Below are positions 38,806 through 49,421 of a stretch of DNA of 64,000 nucleotides, in pieces. Source of the DNA: Patescibacteria group bacterium. GTDB taxonomy: Bacteria; Patescibacteriota; Gracilibacteria; UBA4473. The position numbers and the translations under genes were made by a program. Under the pieces are notes generated by a model, which was not told where the DNA came from, did not search any database, and saw only the letters and a program-made list of their open reading frames with translations. The stretch spans positions 480,001 to 544,000 of the forward strand of contig CBFIAK010000001.1 of the NCBI GenBank assembly GCA_965660445.1, written 5' to 3'. How positions within the stretch are numbered: the stretch's first letter is position 1; the number at the start of each line of letters is the position of its first letter.

Positions 38806-39429
38806 TTATCGTAATACTTCTATTACAGGAGGAGTTCCTGTTCCTCCATCGCCTTCGCCTTCTGCATCACACGATCCAAAAGTGATGGCGTTATTTGTAT
38901 TTTTTCGAATATAGTATCCCGTTCCCGTGTTGAGTGCATCAGCCACGGTTCGGCTTGGATCAATAGGAATGAGTCCAATGTATCCAGAATCAACGAGTTC
39001 TTGCACTTCAATACAATCAGGGTTTATCCCCGGAGAATCAGTACCTGGATTGTATCCTACATCATTTGTGTATTCTCGCCCAAGAGTGACTGATAAATAA
39101 GGACATACGGCTGTTTGAGCTGGAATTGTTCCGTCACAGGCATTAACTCCAGTGTTTGTGTCTGCTGCAATAACGTAGTAATCGGTATCATCAGCGGTGA
39201 CTAAAGCCGAAACGGCAGGAACGTGTGTTCCGAGTCCATCTACTTGGTATTGAAGCAGTGCATTCAGCATTGCCGTTACATCTGTATTTCGGCGAGAATT
39301 TCGCGATTGGTTTAATCGTCTTGCCGGATCCACTGCTACAAAAATAGAAGCCGCTAAAATCGCGATAATAGCAATCACGATAATGAGCTCGATAAGTGTA
39401 AACCCAAGTGTTTTTTGTGTGTGTTTCAT
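38806..39429 (-). CDS. type IV pilin (paralog)
   Basis: ATG 39429; GFTLIELIIVIAIIAILAA.IFVAVDPARRLNQSRNSRR, nearly identical to the neighbour's N-terminus. Confidence 0.9.
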   Translation of the reverse strand: MKHTQKTLGFTLIELIIVIAIIAILAASIFVAVDPARRLNQSRNSRRNTDVTAMLNALLQYQVDGLGTHVPAVSALVTADDTDYYVIAADTNTGVNACDGTIPAQTAVCPYLSVTLGREYTNDVGYNPGTDSPGINPDCIEVQELVDSGYIGLIPIDPSRTVADALNTGTGYYIRKNTNNAITFGSCDAEGEGDGGTGTPPVIEVLR

Positions 39430-39578
39430 GATGAAAGAATTACAAAGATTATAATCACTTATCACTATAAATGTCAAAATACAGAAAAGCAAAAAAAAAC
39501 ACTATGTTTCTTATTTTTTTGTGTTTTTATAAAAAAAATATACACTCATGAAAGTATAGATATTTCTTCTTTATTTGT

Positions 39579-40666
39579 ATGCATTCTTTTTCTGATATGT
39601 CATCGGCAGAATTACTTTCTTTGTTAGAAGTTCTTCCTTTTGCCCTTTTGTTGTTTGACGATGAGGGGCGTATTGTTATGGCCAATACTCATATTCAAAA
39701 TACAATTCATCTTGATTTAGGAGCCTCTGATATGCATGATGTATTTTGGTTTTTTCATGTAGCACTTGAAGGAAGTCAAGAAAAACAATCGTTTTTTGAT
39801 ATGCCTCATATAGACAAAGAAGTGTTTCAAAAAAAAGAAAGCGTTGCCTACCATTCATTGCCTATAGAGGGGCGTTATTTTGATATACAAATATTTCCAT
39901 TCCATGATTCTGGAAAAGCAGTGCTTCTTCTCACCGATGTGACACGACTCAAGGAAATTGATGATTTTAAAACGGAGTTTTTATCGATGACATTTCATCA
40001 ACTCAAAACACCACTGGCGGGTATAAATTGGACACTTGATTTATTTTTAAATGGAGAGGTTGGCAATGTCTCTCTCGAACAAAAAGAGTATTTACAAGAA
40101 CTTAAAATCAGAAATAAACGAATGATGAAACTTGTAAACCAATTACTGCATGTCTCACACATTGAATCCGCTCCATTTGTGGCTCGTCCAGAACATATAG
40201 TACTTGAAGATATAGTATCAGAAGCTATTGACGATTTACTGCCGTTGCTTAAGGAAAAGAAAACAACACTTCATTTCACACCTTCACATCAAAAACACAG
40301 TGTATTTTTAGATCAAAACTTACTCTATCAGGTAATTCATAATTTACTCACGAATGCTATTCGATATTCTTCGGGAAATGAAAATGCACTCGTGTCAGTT
40401 GATATTCAAGAACAAAACGATATGTATACAATACAAGTAAAAGATAACGGTATTGGTATTCCTGAACAAGCTCAAAAAGATGTATTTAAGAAATTTTTTC
40501 GTGCCGATAATGCTCAAAAAAAAGAAACCGATGGAACGGGTTTGGACTCTATATTGTTGAAAAAATAGTTCAGTTTTGTGGAGGATCTATTTGGCTTGAA
40601 TCTCAAGAAAAAAAGGGTACTTCGTTTTTTGTGTCTTTTCCAAAGACATCAGAAATGGACCTTTAG
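39579..40666 (+). pseudogene. PAS-like sensor histidine kinase interrupted by a -1 frameshift in the G2 box
   Basis: HQLKTPL, NLL.NAIRYS, DNG.GIP, FFRA; 0 frame reads GTGL-DSILLKK* (40568) while the -1 frame continues GLYIVEKIVQFCGGSIWLESQEKKGTSFFVSFP to 40666. Confidence 0.8.
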
Positions 40667-41673
40667 TGAAGTTTTATAGGCGTGTTTTTTTCCATAAAAT
40701 TCATAGTAAAACTCTGCGGTTCAAATGTTTGCAGAGCCCCTCCTAAACAGATATTAAAATCACTTGGTGCATATCGCTTTGTTTCTGGAACCATTTTAAA
40801 TCGGTCTATTGTTTTCACAGGAATGCTGTGTTTTTTCCCGATAGATTCAACTGCTTGTGATACATCATCGGGTATTTTTTTTGTTTTACTACATATGTAA
40901 ATAGTGGAGACTTTCTTGGTGTTCTGTTTTTCAAAATTATCAAACGATTCTATAGATTGATCTAAATCAGATTCTAGTATTTGCCCTGGACTGCGCACAT
41001 GTTTTATTTTTCGGTCAATAATACTGCTATCCACTAAATGATCATTCACCAGACCAAACCAAGAAATACGTTCTGGTAGAACATGAATGACAATACACCC
41101 TTTTATTTGACCTTCTTTGATGTACATATTGCGCAACAAACTACAGTATTCTGGTTCAATCGCAACAGGTTTTAGTTTGCATTGTTTTAAGAAATCATAA
41201 TATTCTTCCACTATTTCAGAAGCAACAGCAGAAATAGAACAAACTGTTTGGTTTCCATGAGTAGTAACCAAATATTTATAGTTTAGGTCTTCGAACGGAA
41301 TCGGGACATTTGACCGTATTTTTTGTTCAATCATATCATCCATAGAAACATACTTCTTTTTTGCTCCTTTTTTAGGTGGCGGTGGTGGAGTCTCAACTCG
41401 AAAAAAGAACTCAAAAGTTTGATCCGCGGGTAAGATAAGAATGCAATTTTTCGCTTCTATTTTTTTAACTCGCAACTGCATCTTTCGAGCTACTGCTGCT
41501 GGATTTACCAATATATTGTTTTTAAACTGGTTTTCGGGAAGGGTTATGTTTTCTGTGTATACTACTTCTCGAGCGCCGACTTCATTAATCATAACACCTG
41601 CGACCTGAATGGAATTTTCATTCGGGTAGACGCTAAAAATATCTTTTCCAAAAATTTTATGTATAATTTTCAT
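40663..41673 (-). CDS. PilM-like pilus assembly protein
   Basis: Position at end of pilus operon; VPIPFEDL, Y...L....LKP.AIEPE..SL.R, C-terminal ICLGGAL. Confidence 0.65.
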   Translation of the reverse strand: MKIIHKIFGKDIFSVYPNENSIQVAGVMINEVGAREVVYTENITLPENQFKNNILVNPAAVARKMQLRVKKIEAKNCILILPADQTFEFFFRVETPPPPPKKGAKKKYVSMDDMIEQKIRSNVPIPFEDLNYKYLVTTHGNQTVCSISAVASEIVEEYYDFLKQCKLKPVAIEPEYCSLLRNMYIKEGQIKGCIVIHVLPERISWFGLVNDHLVDSSIIDRKIKHVRSPGQILESDLDQSIESFDNFEKQNTKKVSTIYICSKTKKIPDDVSQAVESIGKKHSIPVKTIDRFKMVPETKRYAPSDFNICLGGALQTFEPQSFTMNFMEKNTPIKLH

Positions 41674-41677
41674 TTTT

Positions 41678-42061
41678 TTAATCAGCAGTCCAAGAAATAA
41701 TTTCTATAGCAGAAGATATATCAACATCGGCAACAATTTGTTTTGCATACATTCCTTGTGTATGAGCAAATGTGCGTATTCGTTTTTGGTCAACATCAAG
41801 ATCCGTTACTTCTATGATACAAAAAACATCATTAAAATAAAAACTTTCTCCTGTATAATCATGGTTTCCATTGAGTTTGAGGAGTGCCTCTTCCATACAA
41901 GCTTCTACCGTATGGCGAACTTCCATAAGCATCGTTTCATGAAGGAGTGTTTGCTCTCTTTCTATGTTTTGCAATGCCAAATTAATACTCATGGTGGTTA
42001 TGAATGTAGAGAGAATGAGGACGATAGCGAGTGTTGAAATACCGTGACGTTGAGAATACAT
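41678..42061 (-). CDS. minor pilin (PilX-like)
   Basis: G-ISTLAIVLIL N-terminus lacking Glu5, EAC.EEAL.KL, ISW C-terminus. Confidence 0.7.
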   Translation of the reverse strand: MYSQRHGISTLAIVLILSTFITTMSINLALQNIEREQTLLHETMLMEVRHTVEACMEEALLKLNGNHDYTGESFYFNDVFCIIEVTDLDVDQKRIRTFAHTQGMYAKQIVADVDISSAIEIISWTAD

Positions 42062-42064
42062 GTA

Positions 42065-42601
42065 TTATTTGTTACGAATAGAGATAGATCGTTCAAGCGA
42101 TACAGGAGACACGCCTAATGATTCTCCAGCAGTTCCAATATACTGAATTTCAAGAAATACATTAATATTATGAGAGTTCTGATCGCGTGATAAGTCTGTG
42201 AGTGCAAATGAACTAATACTCATGTTGTCTTTTGAGAGGTCTGATGTTTGCCCTCCCTCTGTACGTCTGAGTTTTCGAATCGTAATATTCACACCATCAA
42301 TATTCATTTGTTTCAGATACGACTCAATAAGGATTTCATTCACACCTTTCTGAAGACTTAAACTCCCCGGATCATTGAAAATTGAAAACCCTTCATTTAA
42401 GTCATCAGCTTCTTGGATATCAGTGGTGATTTTTTGCATAAGGGTATGCACACTATACATCATTTCTTGTTTGATTCGTGTTTGTTTTTGATTTTTCATA
42501 ATATCCCATGTGATCGTCATTATGAGTATGAGAACAATCGCGGAAATACCCACGTAGAGAATCATCTCTAGAATCGTAAATCCTTTATTTTTCATATTCA
42601 A
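42065..42601 (-). CDS. minor type IV pilin
   Basis: KGFTILEMILYVGI; C-terminal SISIRN. Confidence 0.85.
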   Translation of the reverse strand: MNMKNKGFTILEMILYVGISAIVLILIMTITWDIMKNQKQTRIKQEMMYSVHTLMQKITTDIQEADDLNEGFSIFNDPGSLSLQKGVNEILIESYLKQMNIDGVNITIRKLRRTEGGQTSDLSKDNMSISSFALTDLSRDQNSHNINVFLEIQYIGTAGESLGVSPVSLERSISIRNK

Positions 42602-45600
42602 TGCTCATATCTTTGAGAATCGGTATTTGAGTCCCATCTCCACGAAACACACATCGATATTGAACCCATCGGGTTCCTGTAGCACTTCCGTATTCAGTGA
42701 TAGGGTCTTCAGAACTAAAATAAGCATCAACTACACCGTTCAGTCCAAACCAAAGTGCTGTATCGAGATTCTCTTCAGTATCCGCGGTTCGCAGTTGACA
42801 TTCAATAATACCGTCTCCGTCTTGGTTCCAAGTGATAAATTCATAATCAGTAGCCCCTGATTTCGTATCAAGGGTGCTTGAAGTAAAAATTCCCCATTGG
42901 CTCTGAGCGAGTTCTTCTTCATCGGCTTGTCCAACGACAAGAATTTCTTGAGAATTATTGTCCGTAAGGAAATAAATATATTCATCTTTAATAAAAATAC
43001 CTTTTACATTAAATCCGGAATACGAAAATGTTCCTAATAGTTGTGGATTACTTAAATTCGTAATATCTAGAATCATCAGTTCTCGAGATTCATCTTCAGA
43101 ACTTAAGTACGCAAAGTTATCTTGAATAAAGACAGTATTAAAAGTTCCAACATTGAGTTTTCCAATCTCATAAAGATTCGTAGCATCGAAAACGTCCCAA
43201 ATAGCAAAATCAGCATTTGATTCTTCGTCTTCAACTTCAGATCCTTCATCTGCAGCTGATGTATAAATTTTTTGATCACGATAAAATATACTAAAGATAC
43301 CGGCCCCTGGAATATCTTCTTGATTAACGATTTGGAGATTATCAGGGTTTGATATACGAATAATCACAATATTTTCATTACTTTCTTCTCCAATAGTTCC
43401 AATAAAAACATGTTCTCCTCCCAGTACCATAGTTTCAATAGCCATTTCATCTAAATACAGAGATCCTAACATTGATGTTGAATCTTGTGGCGCTGAAACA
43501 TCAAATACATATAGACTTGCACTTCCAAGTGATTCCCGATTGCAAACATCTTCTTCATATTCATTACAAATCCAGCCTCCTAAACACCATCCCCAAAACC
43601 ACCATGCACATGATTCTGATACACAAATATAGGTACATATCCAATTCCAAAACCAATTCCAAAACCAGCTCCATCCCCATGTCACGACTTGTGTTCGAGT
43701 AGAAAGGTATACCCGACCATCTCCAGAATCAATATGAGTTCCATCTGAACTTCCAGAAATATTATACGATCGGAGTTCGAATGGACTTTCCGGATCTGAA
43801 ATATCGACAATCACAAATTCTTTTGAGTTGTCTGTTGTGGCTAAATATGCGTAATCACCACTCTCATCAATAGAAAAATCATTGATTGTAGAAGAAAAAT
43901 AAAAACTACCAACCAAGAAATCACTCCCCCCTGAAGAATACTCATATCGGTTAATAATATAGAGGTAATTATTACGCAGAACATAAAGATACTCATCATC
44001 TACAAAAATATCTTTTGGATCCTCGTTTCCTGATAAGTCAATCGTGTCTAAAATATCTAAATCACTCCAAGTACTAATAGGTCCCGTTAAAATACGTAAT
44101 GAATTTGCTTCATCAGTTCCTGTGTAAACATACGCTCCTAAGTGAGAAAGTGTATTAATAGTGATATCACCCAGATCAATATAAAGCTGTGCGGCTAAGG
44201 TTTCTGGATCAGAAAGATCTTTTCCAACGGTAAAAATATCAACCGTTGAATTATGAAGCGATACATAAATCCAACTATCACCTACAAATATATCAGAAAC
44301 TGTTGGGTTTCCTGAGAGGGAAATCGATTCCTCGTTATCGTATGTTGGGCTAGATACATTGGATATATCAATATTATATATTTCAGGATATGATCCTCCA
44401 ACTCTTCCAACGAGTGCCATATCACCATACACATGTACACTTGTTGCATCTTCATTTCCAGGAAGAGCAATATATCCTGTTCGAGAGAGGCTGAAATTTC
44501 GAATCTCAAATTCTGCTCCGTTTTTACTCGTAGCGGTAATTAAAGAACTATTATAAACCTCCATATCATTGATATCTCCGTTTACTTCTTGATCATCAAC
44601 CAGTGACGGGCTTGCGGGATTACTCACATCATATTCCCATAATTCCTCGTATTCTACCCAAACGGTATTATCCGGTGGATCAGCCCAGTACCCATCCATT
44701 TCATCGTCCGTTCCAACGAATAGATCATTGTTAGTTACCACAAGTGTATTCACTCTCGCGGTTCCGGGTATATCGATTGTTTCGACAAGAGTCATATCAC
44801 TCATATCTACTATTTGAACTTCTCCATCGCTATCGCCAACCGCTAAATAAGCATACCCATCTTCAATCGCAATATCGTGTACGTCAAACCCAACTTCAAA
44901 ATTCTTTTTGAGAATAATATCTTTATTACTCACGTTTGATATATCAAAAATTAAGAACTCTGCCCCAGTAGCACTTTGATTTGTTCCTACATAAAGGAGG
45001 TTTTCATTTCTATCAATAAAAAGTTCTGCAATTTCTTCCATATCTTCAAACACAGGGTTGTCAAAAGTAACGAGTTCAGGCAGACCACCTTTATCAATTA
45101 ATTGTACTTCTCCGTCTTCGAGTGACGATATTTTTACACTGTTTTCTTTTCCATACGAAAACTCGCGAGCGGTACTTTGCGCCCAAATGAAACGTTTCCA
45201 ATTCGTCAGTTGAGTATTCGCAGTGACGGTATTTGTTTGTTGGGTTAGGTTTTGCCAAGCAACTTGCACTTGAATAGATTTTGCATATGTTTTTGTATCA
45301 ACAATCAAAATAGTTCTCGTAAAGTCATCATTAATGACTTCTGAAGTTCCAGGAACCAATTCCCAGTATCCATTTGTATCGCTGAGGATGTATTCACCTT
45401 CTGGAAGATCTTCCCAGTCATAATCTTTAATGGACTTAATCGCTTCTGTTGCTTGTTCGACTAAGCTAGTGGCTTCTATTCGATTTTGTTCTCGATAGAC
45501 AGCGGTGTGATTTGAGAGTATAAGAGCAATAATATTTGGGATAAGCAACATAAAGAGCCCAACGGCGACGATAACTTCTACAAGGGAGAACCCCTTCCAT

Positions 45601-45626
45601 TGTAACCGAGATAAAAAAGTTTTCAT
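42585..45626 (-). CDS. giant prepilin-type protein with LVIVD-like beta-propeller repeats
   Basis: KGFSLVEVIVAVGLF; repeated YAYLA...EF.I.DIS.P..P blades; C-terminal G.FTS..LD...W.QYR domain. Confidence 0.85.
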   Translation of the reverse strand: MKTFLSRLQWKGFSLVEVIVAVGLFMLLIPNIIALILSNHTAVYREQNRIEATSLVEQATEAIKSIKDYDWEDLPEGEYILSDTNGYWELVPGTSEVINDDFTRTILIVDTKTYAKSIQVQVAWQNLTQQTNTVTANTQLTNWKRFIWAQSTAREFSYGKENSVKISSLEDGEVQLIDKGGLPELVTFDNPVFEDMEEIAELFIDRNENLLYVGTNQSATGAEFLIFDISNVSNKDIILKKNFEVGFDVHDIAIEDGYAYLAVGDSDGEVQIVDMSDMTLVETIDIPGTARVNTLVVTNNDLFVGTDDEMDGYWADPPDNTVWVEYEELWEYDVSNPASPSLVDDQEVNGDINDMEVYNSSLITATSKNGAEFEIRNFSLSRTGYIALPGNEDATSVHVYGDMALVGRVGGSYPEIYNIDISNVSSPTYDNEESISLSGNPTVSDIFVGDSWIYVSLHNSTVDIFTVGKDLSDPETLAAQLYIDLGDITINTLSHLGAYVYTGTDEANSLRILTGPISTWSDLDILDTIDLSGNEDPKDIFVDDEYLYVLRNNYLYIINRYEYSSGGSDFLVGSFYFSSTINDFSIDESGDYAYLATTDNSKEFVIVDISDPESPFELRSYNISGSSDGTHIDSGDGRVYLSTRTQVVTWGWSWFWNWFWNWICTYICVSESCAWWFWGWCLGGWICNEYEEDVCNRESLGSASLYVFDVSAPQDSTSMLGSLYLDEMAIETMVLGGEHVFIGTIGEESNENIVIIRISNPDNLQIVNQEDIPGAGIFSIFYRDQKIYTSAADEGSEVEDEESNADFAIWDVFDATNLYEIGKLNVGTFNTVFIQDNFAYLSSEDESRELMILDITNLSNPQLLGTFSYSGFNVKGIFIKDEYIYFLTDNNSQEILVVGQADEEELAQSQWGIFTSSTLDTKSGATDYEFITWNQDGDGIIECQLRTADTEENLDTALWFGLNGVVDAYFSSEDPITEYGSATGTRWVQYRCVFRGDGTQIPILKDMSIEYEK

Positions 45627-45637
45627 AGAATAAATGT

Positions 45638-46123
45638 TTATTTACTAAACTCGATAATTCCAAGCTGATTTACAGAGAGTGTATAGGGATTATCAGGTCT
45701 ATTGATATTGTAGATCTGGAAACTTCCAAAGTCGAGTGTATTTCCAGTATTAGGTTCGAAGATAACTTGAGGATTCCCTCGGTCAAGTGATATATTCTGA
45801 AACTGTATTTTGCTTGGGAGAGGAAACTCTATGTGAGAAGAAGGAGATTGGTTCCATGTATCTCCTCGAAAAAAAACAAATCGTTGGTTTTCGTTATCGA
45901 GATACACTCCCCACCGACTTGCCTGAAGATTCATTAAGGCATAGCTTTGTGCTTTTTTGAGTTGTGCCATGAGTTCTTGAGATGCGTTGTTGAGACTTGA
46001 TTGTTCTAGAAAATTAACGACTGGGAATGAAAGTCCAGCTATAACGAAAACAATAAGAGCCAGAACAACAATCATCTCCATAAGCGTAAATCCTCGTTTT
46101 CGTAGACTATATATATTCATCAT
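45638..46123 (-). CDS. minor pilin (FimT/GspH-like)
   Basis: RGFTLMEMIVVLAL, L..AQS.A, WGVY, I.F....G, VN..G.I. Confidence 0.85.
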   Translation of the reverse strand: MMNIYSLRKRGFTLMEMIVVLALIVFVIAGLSFPVVNFLEQSSLNNASQELMAQLKKAQSYALMNLQASRWGVYLDNENQRFVFFRGDTWNQSPSSHIEFPLPSKIQFQNISLDRGNPQVIFEPNTGNTLDFGSFQIYNINRPDNPYTLSVNQLGIIEFSK

Positions 46124-47250
46124 TAAATACTTGAATTACCCGTTACAGCATAAATTGGAGAAAGAATAGACATTGCTACCACTCCAACGACTATCCCAAT
46201 AAAAATAAGCATTACGGGTTCGAGTATTGTTGAAAGATTCTTCATGGTATCATCAACTTCTTCCTCGTAGTATTCTGCTAAGAACTGGAGTGATGTTCCG
46301 AGTGTTCCAGTTTCTTCCCCAACGCCAATCATTTTTGTAGTAATGGGGGGAAACAGTTCAGGGTGTTTTTCGAGTGCTTGTTTGAGCGTTTGTCCAGTCA
46401 GTATTGAAGGAATGAGTGATGCAACATGACGACGATAAATAAGGTTTGATGTGCTCGTGCTCGTGGTTTCTAATGCTTTATCAATAGTCAGTCCGCTTTC
46501 AAGAAGTGATCCAAGGGTATAGGTGAATTTTTCAAGATTCATATTCTGTGCAATTCGACCTGAAATAGGAAGTTTTAATATGAGGTTATGAGTGTATGGT
46601 TTGATCCATTTTTGACGTAAAATCCAAAAGAAAAGCCACATACCAAAAATCGACAAGGGGGTAATAATAAGACCGTGCTTCTCGAATATATTTGCCACAA
46701 TAATAAGGATTTGAGTAGTGATGGGGAGTTCAATATCCATACTTTCAAAAAGAGGAAGTATTTTTGGTAATACAAACATGGCAATTGCTAACCCTAAACA
46801 GAAAATAGCAACAAAGATCATCGTTGGGTAGATCATAGCGGCTTTCACTTTTTTCTTGAGATCTTGTATTTTTTTGAGTTGTTCAGCAAGCCGTTCGAGT
46901 TTGTCTTCTAATGTCCCTGATTCTTCTCCTGTTTTGATCATATTAATATAGATCTCAGAGAAAGCATCGGGGAATCGTTCAAGGGCAGTATGAAAATCGT
47001 CACCATGATTAATATCAGTGGCAAGTTCTCGGACAATGTTTTTCATATTTCCTCTCACTTGCTCTTGCATAATACGAAGCCCTTCAGGAAGTGGAATTCC
47101 ACTTCGCAGTGTTAAAGAGAGGTGCTTGGTAAAAAGCACTACATCCATAATTTTTACTTTATAGGGGTTTCCAAATTGTATTTGAATATCGAGTCCACTC
47201 TTTTTTTTGTTTGGATCAACAGGTTTTTTGGAAGGCAGATGCGTAACCAT
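46123..47250 (-). CDS. pilC: type IV pilus platform protein PilC / T2SS F family
   Basis: L.SGIPL.E.L, GEESGTL...L..LA, AMIYP, VGEETG.L, LEP....IG..VG....SI..PIY. Confidence 0.93.
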   Translation of the reverse strand: MVTHLPSKKPVDPNKKKSGLDIQIQFGNPYKVKIMDVVLFTKHLSLTLRSGIPLPEGLRIMQEQVRGNMKNIVRELATDINHGDDFHTALERFPDAFSEIYINMIKTGEESGTLEDKLERLAEQLKKIQDLKKKVKAAMIYPTMIFVAIFCLGLAIAMFVLPKILPLFESMDIELPITTQILIIVANIFEKHGLIITPLSIFGMWLFFWILRQKWIKPYTHNLILKLPISGRIAQNMNLEKFTYTLGSLLESGLTIDKALETTSTSTSNLIYRRHVASLIPSILTGQTLKQALEKHPELFPPITTKMIGVGEETGTLGTSLQFLAEYYEEEVDDTMKNLSTILEPVMLIFIGIVVGVVAMSILSPIYAVTGNSSI

Positions 47251-47435
47251 GGTGTGTGTATATTTATATTCATGCAGAAGTATAAAACAGAAGTCTAAAA
47301 AAAGAAAAAGAAAATAAAGACTTCAAAAATGCTCTTTCATTATAACCTGTTTTAGGGTCAAGTCGTTTCACTTGAAAAAACGATTTATTTTCATAGAATT
47401 TCGATTGATGTCATTTGTCTCTCTTATTTGAAAAC

Positions 47436-48389
47436 ATGAAAAAAACGATTTCTTTCTTCTTTTTCTGTTTCTTTTCTTTTTTTGGGACTCTTGTTTTTGC
47501 TAATGAAGAGAGTCAGTTACAGGCAGTTCTTTCTCTTTCATCAGAGGAGGTTGCTGTTGGGGAACCTGTGAAACTTATACTCAATTTAAAAAGTTCTCAT
47601 CAATCGGCTGTTTTTGGTATGGGGCAATTTGAGATACCAGGGGTGGAATCTTTTGCGCACATTTCTACCACTCAAAGCACGAGTATTCAAAAAGTGAATA
47701 ACATAACCCTTTCATCAGCAGAAATTACAAAGACAATTATGCCATTACAGCAAGGTTCTTTTGATATTGGACCTGTGCGTGTTCCTGTGCAGATAAAAGA
47801 AGGCGTTTCTGAATTTGTGGAGAGTAATATTGTGCGTGTACGTGTTCTTCCTGAAAAAAAAAAGGCTTCGTCTTCCCTACCACCGCAACAAATGGGTGAT
47901 TTAACCTACACGCCTCCTTCTCCAGAAGAAAAAATATCAGTGGCTCTTTTCCCAGAAGGGAACTGGATTTTCTGGTTACAGATTTTGAGTGTTTTTCTTA
48001 TTGGTTGGGGCATTGTATTATGGGTATCCTATGCACGGAAATCAAAAAAAAGTGGAGATATAAAAAATATTCAGAAAGAAAATGTCGATTTTGTGCGTAT
48101 TATAAAACAGATTCCTGATGGAAATGATCCTGAGTTCTTTCTAAAAATACAAAAAGTATTTGAGTCACTGGCTTCTCATTTATGGAGTATAAAGCCATCT
48201 CAATTAACAACACAAGAATTAAAAGATCGTCTTCAATCAACATTTTCAGTTGATGAATCGTTGACTTTTTTTTCTCTTTGGAATGAGTATCGCGAAGCTC
48301 GGTTTGCTGGAAAGTCACTTGATAAACCTATTTTTCGTGATCGATTAGAATTATTTTGTCGAAAACACATTGAATCATTATTTCATTAA
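47436..48389 (+). CDS. BatD-like protein
   Basis: Signal peptide, Ig-like V.VGE...L and P...G.F.IGP, TM helix, C-terminal LTT.EL...ARFAG; heads the Bat-type operon. Confidence 0.7.
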   Translation: MKKTISFFFFCFFSFFGTLVFANEESQLQAVLSLSSEEVAVGEPVKLILNLKSSHQSAVFGMGQFEIPGVESFAHISTTQSTSIQKVNNITLSSAEITKTIMPLQQGSFDIGPVRVPVQIKEGVSEFVESNIVRVRVLPEKKKASSSLPPQQMGDLTYTPPSPEEKISVALFPEGNWIFWLQILSVFLIGWGIVLWVSYARKSKKSGDIKNIQKENVDFVRIIKQIPDGNDPEFFLKIQKVFESLASHLWSIKPSQLTTQELKDRLQSTFSVDESLTFFSLWNEYREARFAGKSLDKPIFRDRLELFCRKHIESLFH

Positions 48390-48400
48390 TCTTTTTTTTC

Positions 48401-49408
48401 ATGCACCAAAATCAAATACCATCGCCTTCACTCGATATACTGACGCAGGATATTCTTCAACTTCATCCAAAAATAGAAGGGATGGAAAAAGAAATGTCTC
48501 GTGTTATCGTTGGACAAAAAGAGTTGATACATCGATTACTAGTTGCGCTTTTATCGCAAGGTCATATTTTGCTCGAAGGTGTTCCGGGGTTAGCAAAAAC
48601 AACGGCAATTGTGACTCTTTCGCGTATCTGTGATGCTTCATTTCACCGTATACAGTTTACACCAGATTTATTGCCATCTGATTTGATTGGAAACCGAGTA
48701 TTCGACATGAAAAAACAAGATTTCTTTGTTCGAAAAGGACCACTCTTTGCTCAATTTATATTAGCTGACGAAATTAATAGAAGTCCTGCGAAGGTGCAAA
48801 GTGCATTATTAGAGGCTATGCAAGAATATCAGGTGACCATTGGAGACGAAACATTTCAACTGCCGCGGCCATTTTTTGTTTTAGCGACTCAAAATCCGAT
48901 TGAACAAGAAGGAACTTTTCCGTTACCAGAAGCACAAGTTGATCGGTTTTTCTTAAAAACAGTGCTTGCTTATCCGTCTTTAGAAGAAGAATCAGAAATT
49001 TTAAGCCGTATTCATGGACTTTCCGATGTCTTGATTGAACCAGTTTTGACTGTTGAAGACATAGGGCGTATGCAGAATCTGACTCGGCAAGTATTTGTTG
49101 ATGAGAGTATTAAAACCTATATTACACATATTATTCAGGCAACACGTGATCCACAGAAATGGAATATTGATACATTAAAGGATATGATTAGTTATGGAGC
49201 ATCACCAAGAGGAACTATTAATCTTATGAAGGCTGCACAAGCGGTTGCGTTTTTAGAAGGGCGAGCTTATGTCGTTCCAGAAGATATAAAAACAATTGCT
49301 TTAGATGTGTTGCGACATAGAGTTGTGCCTCATTATGAAGCACAAGCAGAAGGCGTTACATCTGAGCATATTATTCGCACAATCCTTGATTATATTCCCG
49401 TTCCATAA
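48401..49408 (+). CDS. moxR: MoxR family AAA+ ATPase
   Basis: HILLEGVPGLAKT, RIQFTPDLLPSD, LADEINR.PAKVQSALLEAM, ATQNPIEQEGT.PLPEAQ.DRF, GASPR. Confidence 0.96.
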   Translation: MHQNQIPSPSLDILTQDILQLHPKIEGMEKEMSRVIVGQKELIHRLLVALLSQGHILLEGVPGLAKTTAIVTLSRICDASFHRIQFTPDLLPSDLIGNRVFDMKKQDFFVRKGPLFAQFILADEINRSPAKVQSALLEAMQEYQVTIGDETFQLPRPFFVLATQNPIEQEGTFPLPEAQVDRFFLKTVLAYPSLEEESEILSRIHGLSDVLIEPVLTVEDIGRMQNLTRQVFVDESIKTYITHIIQATRDPQKWNIDTLKDMISYGASPRGTINLMKAAQAVAFLEGRAYVVPEDIKTIALDVLRHRVVPHYEAQAEGVTSEHIIRTILDYIPVP

Positions 49409-49421
49409 AGACTGATTCAAT

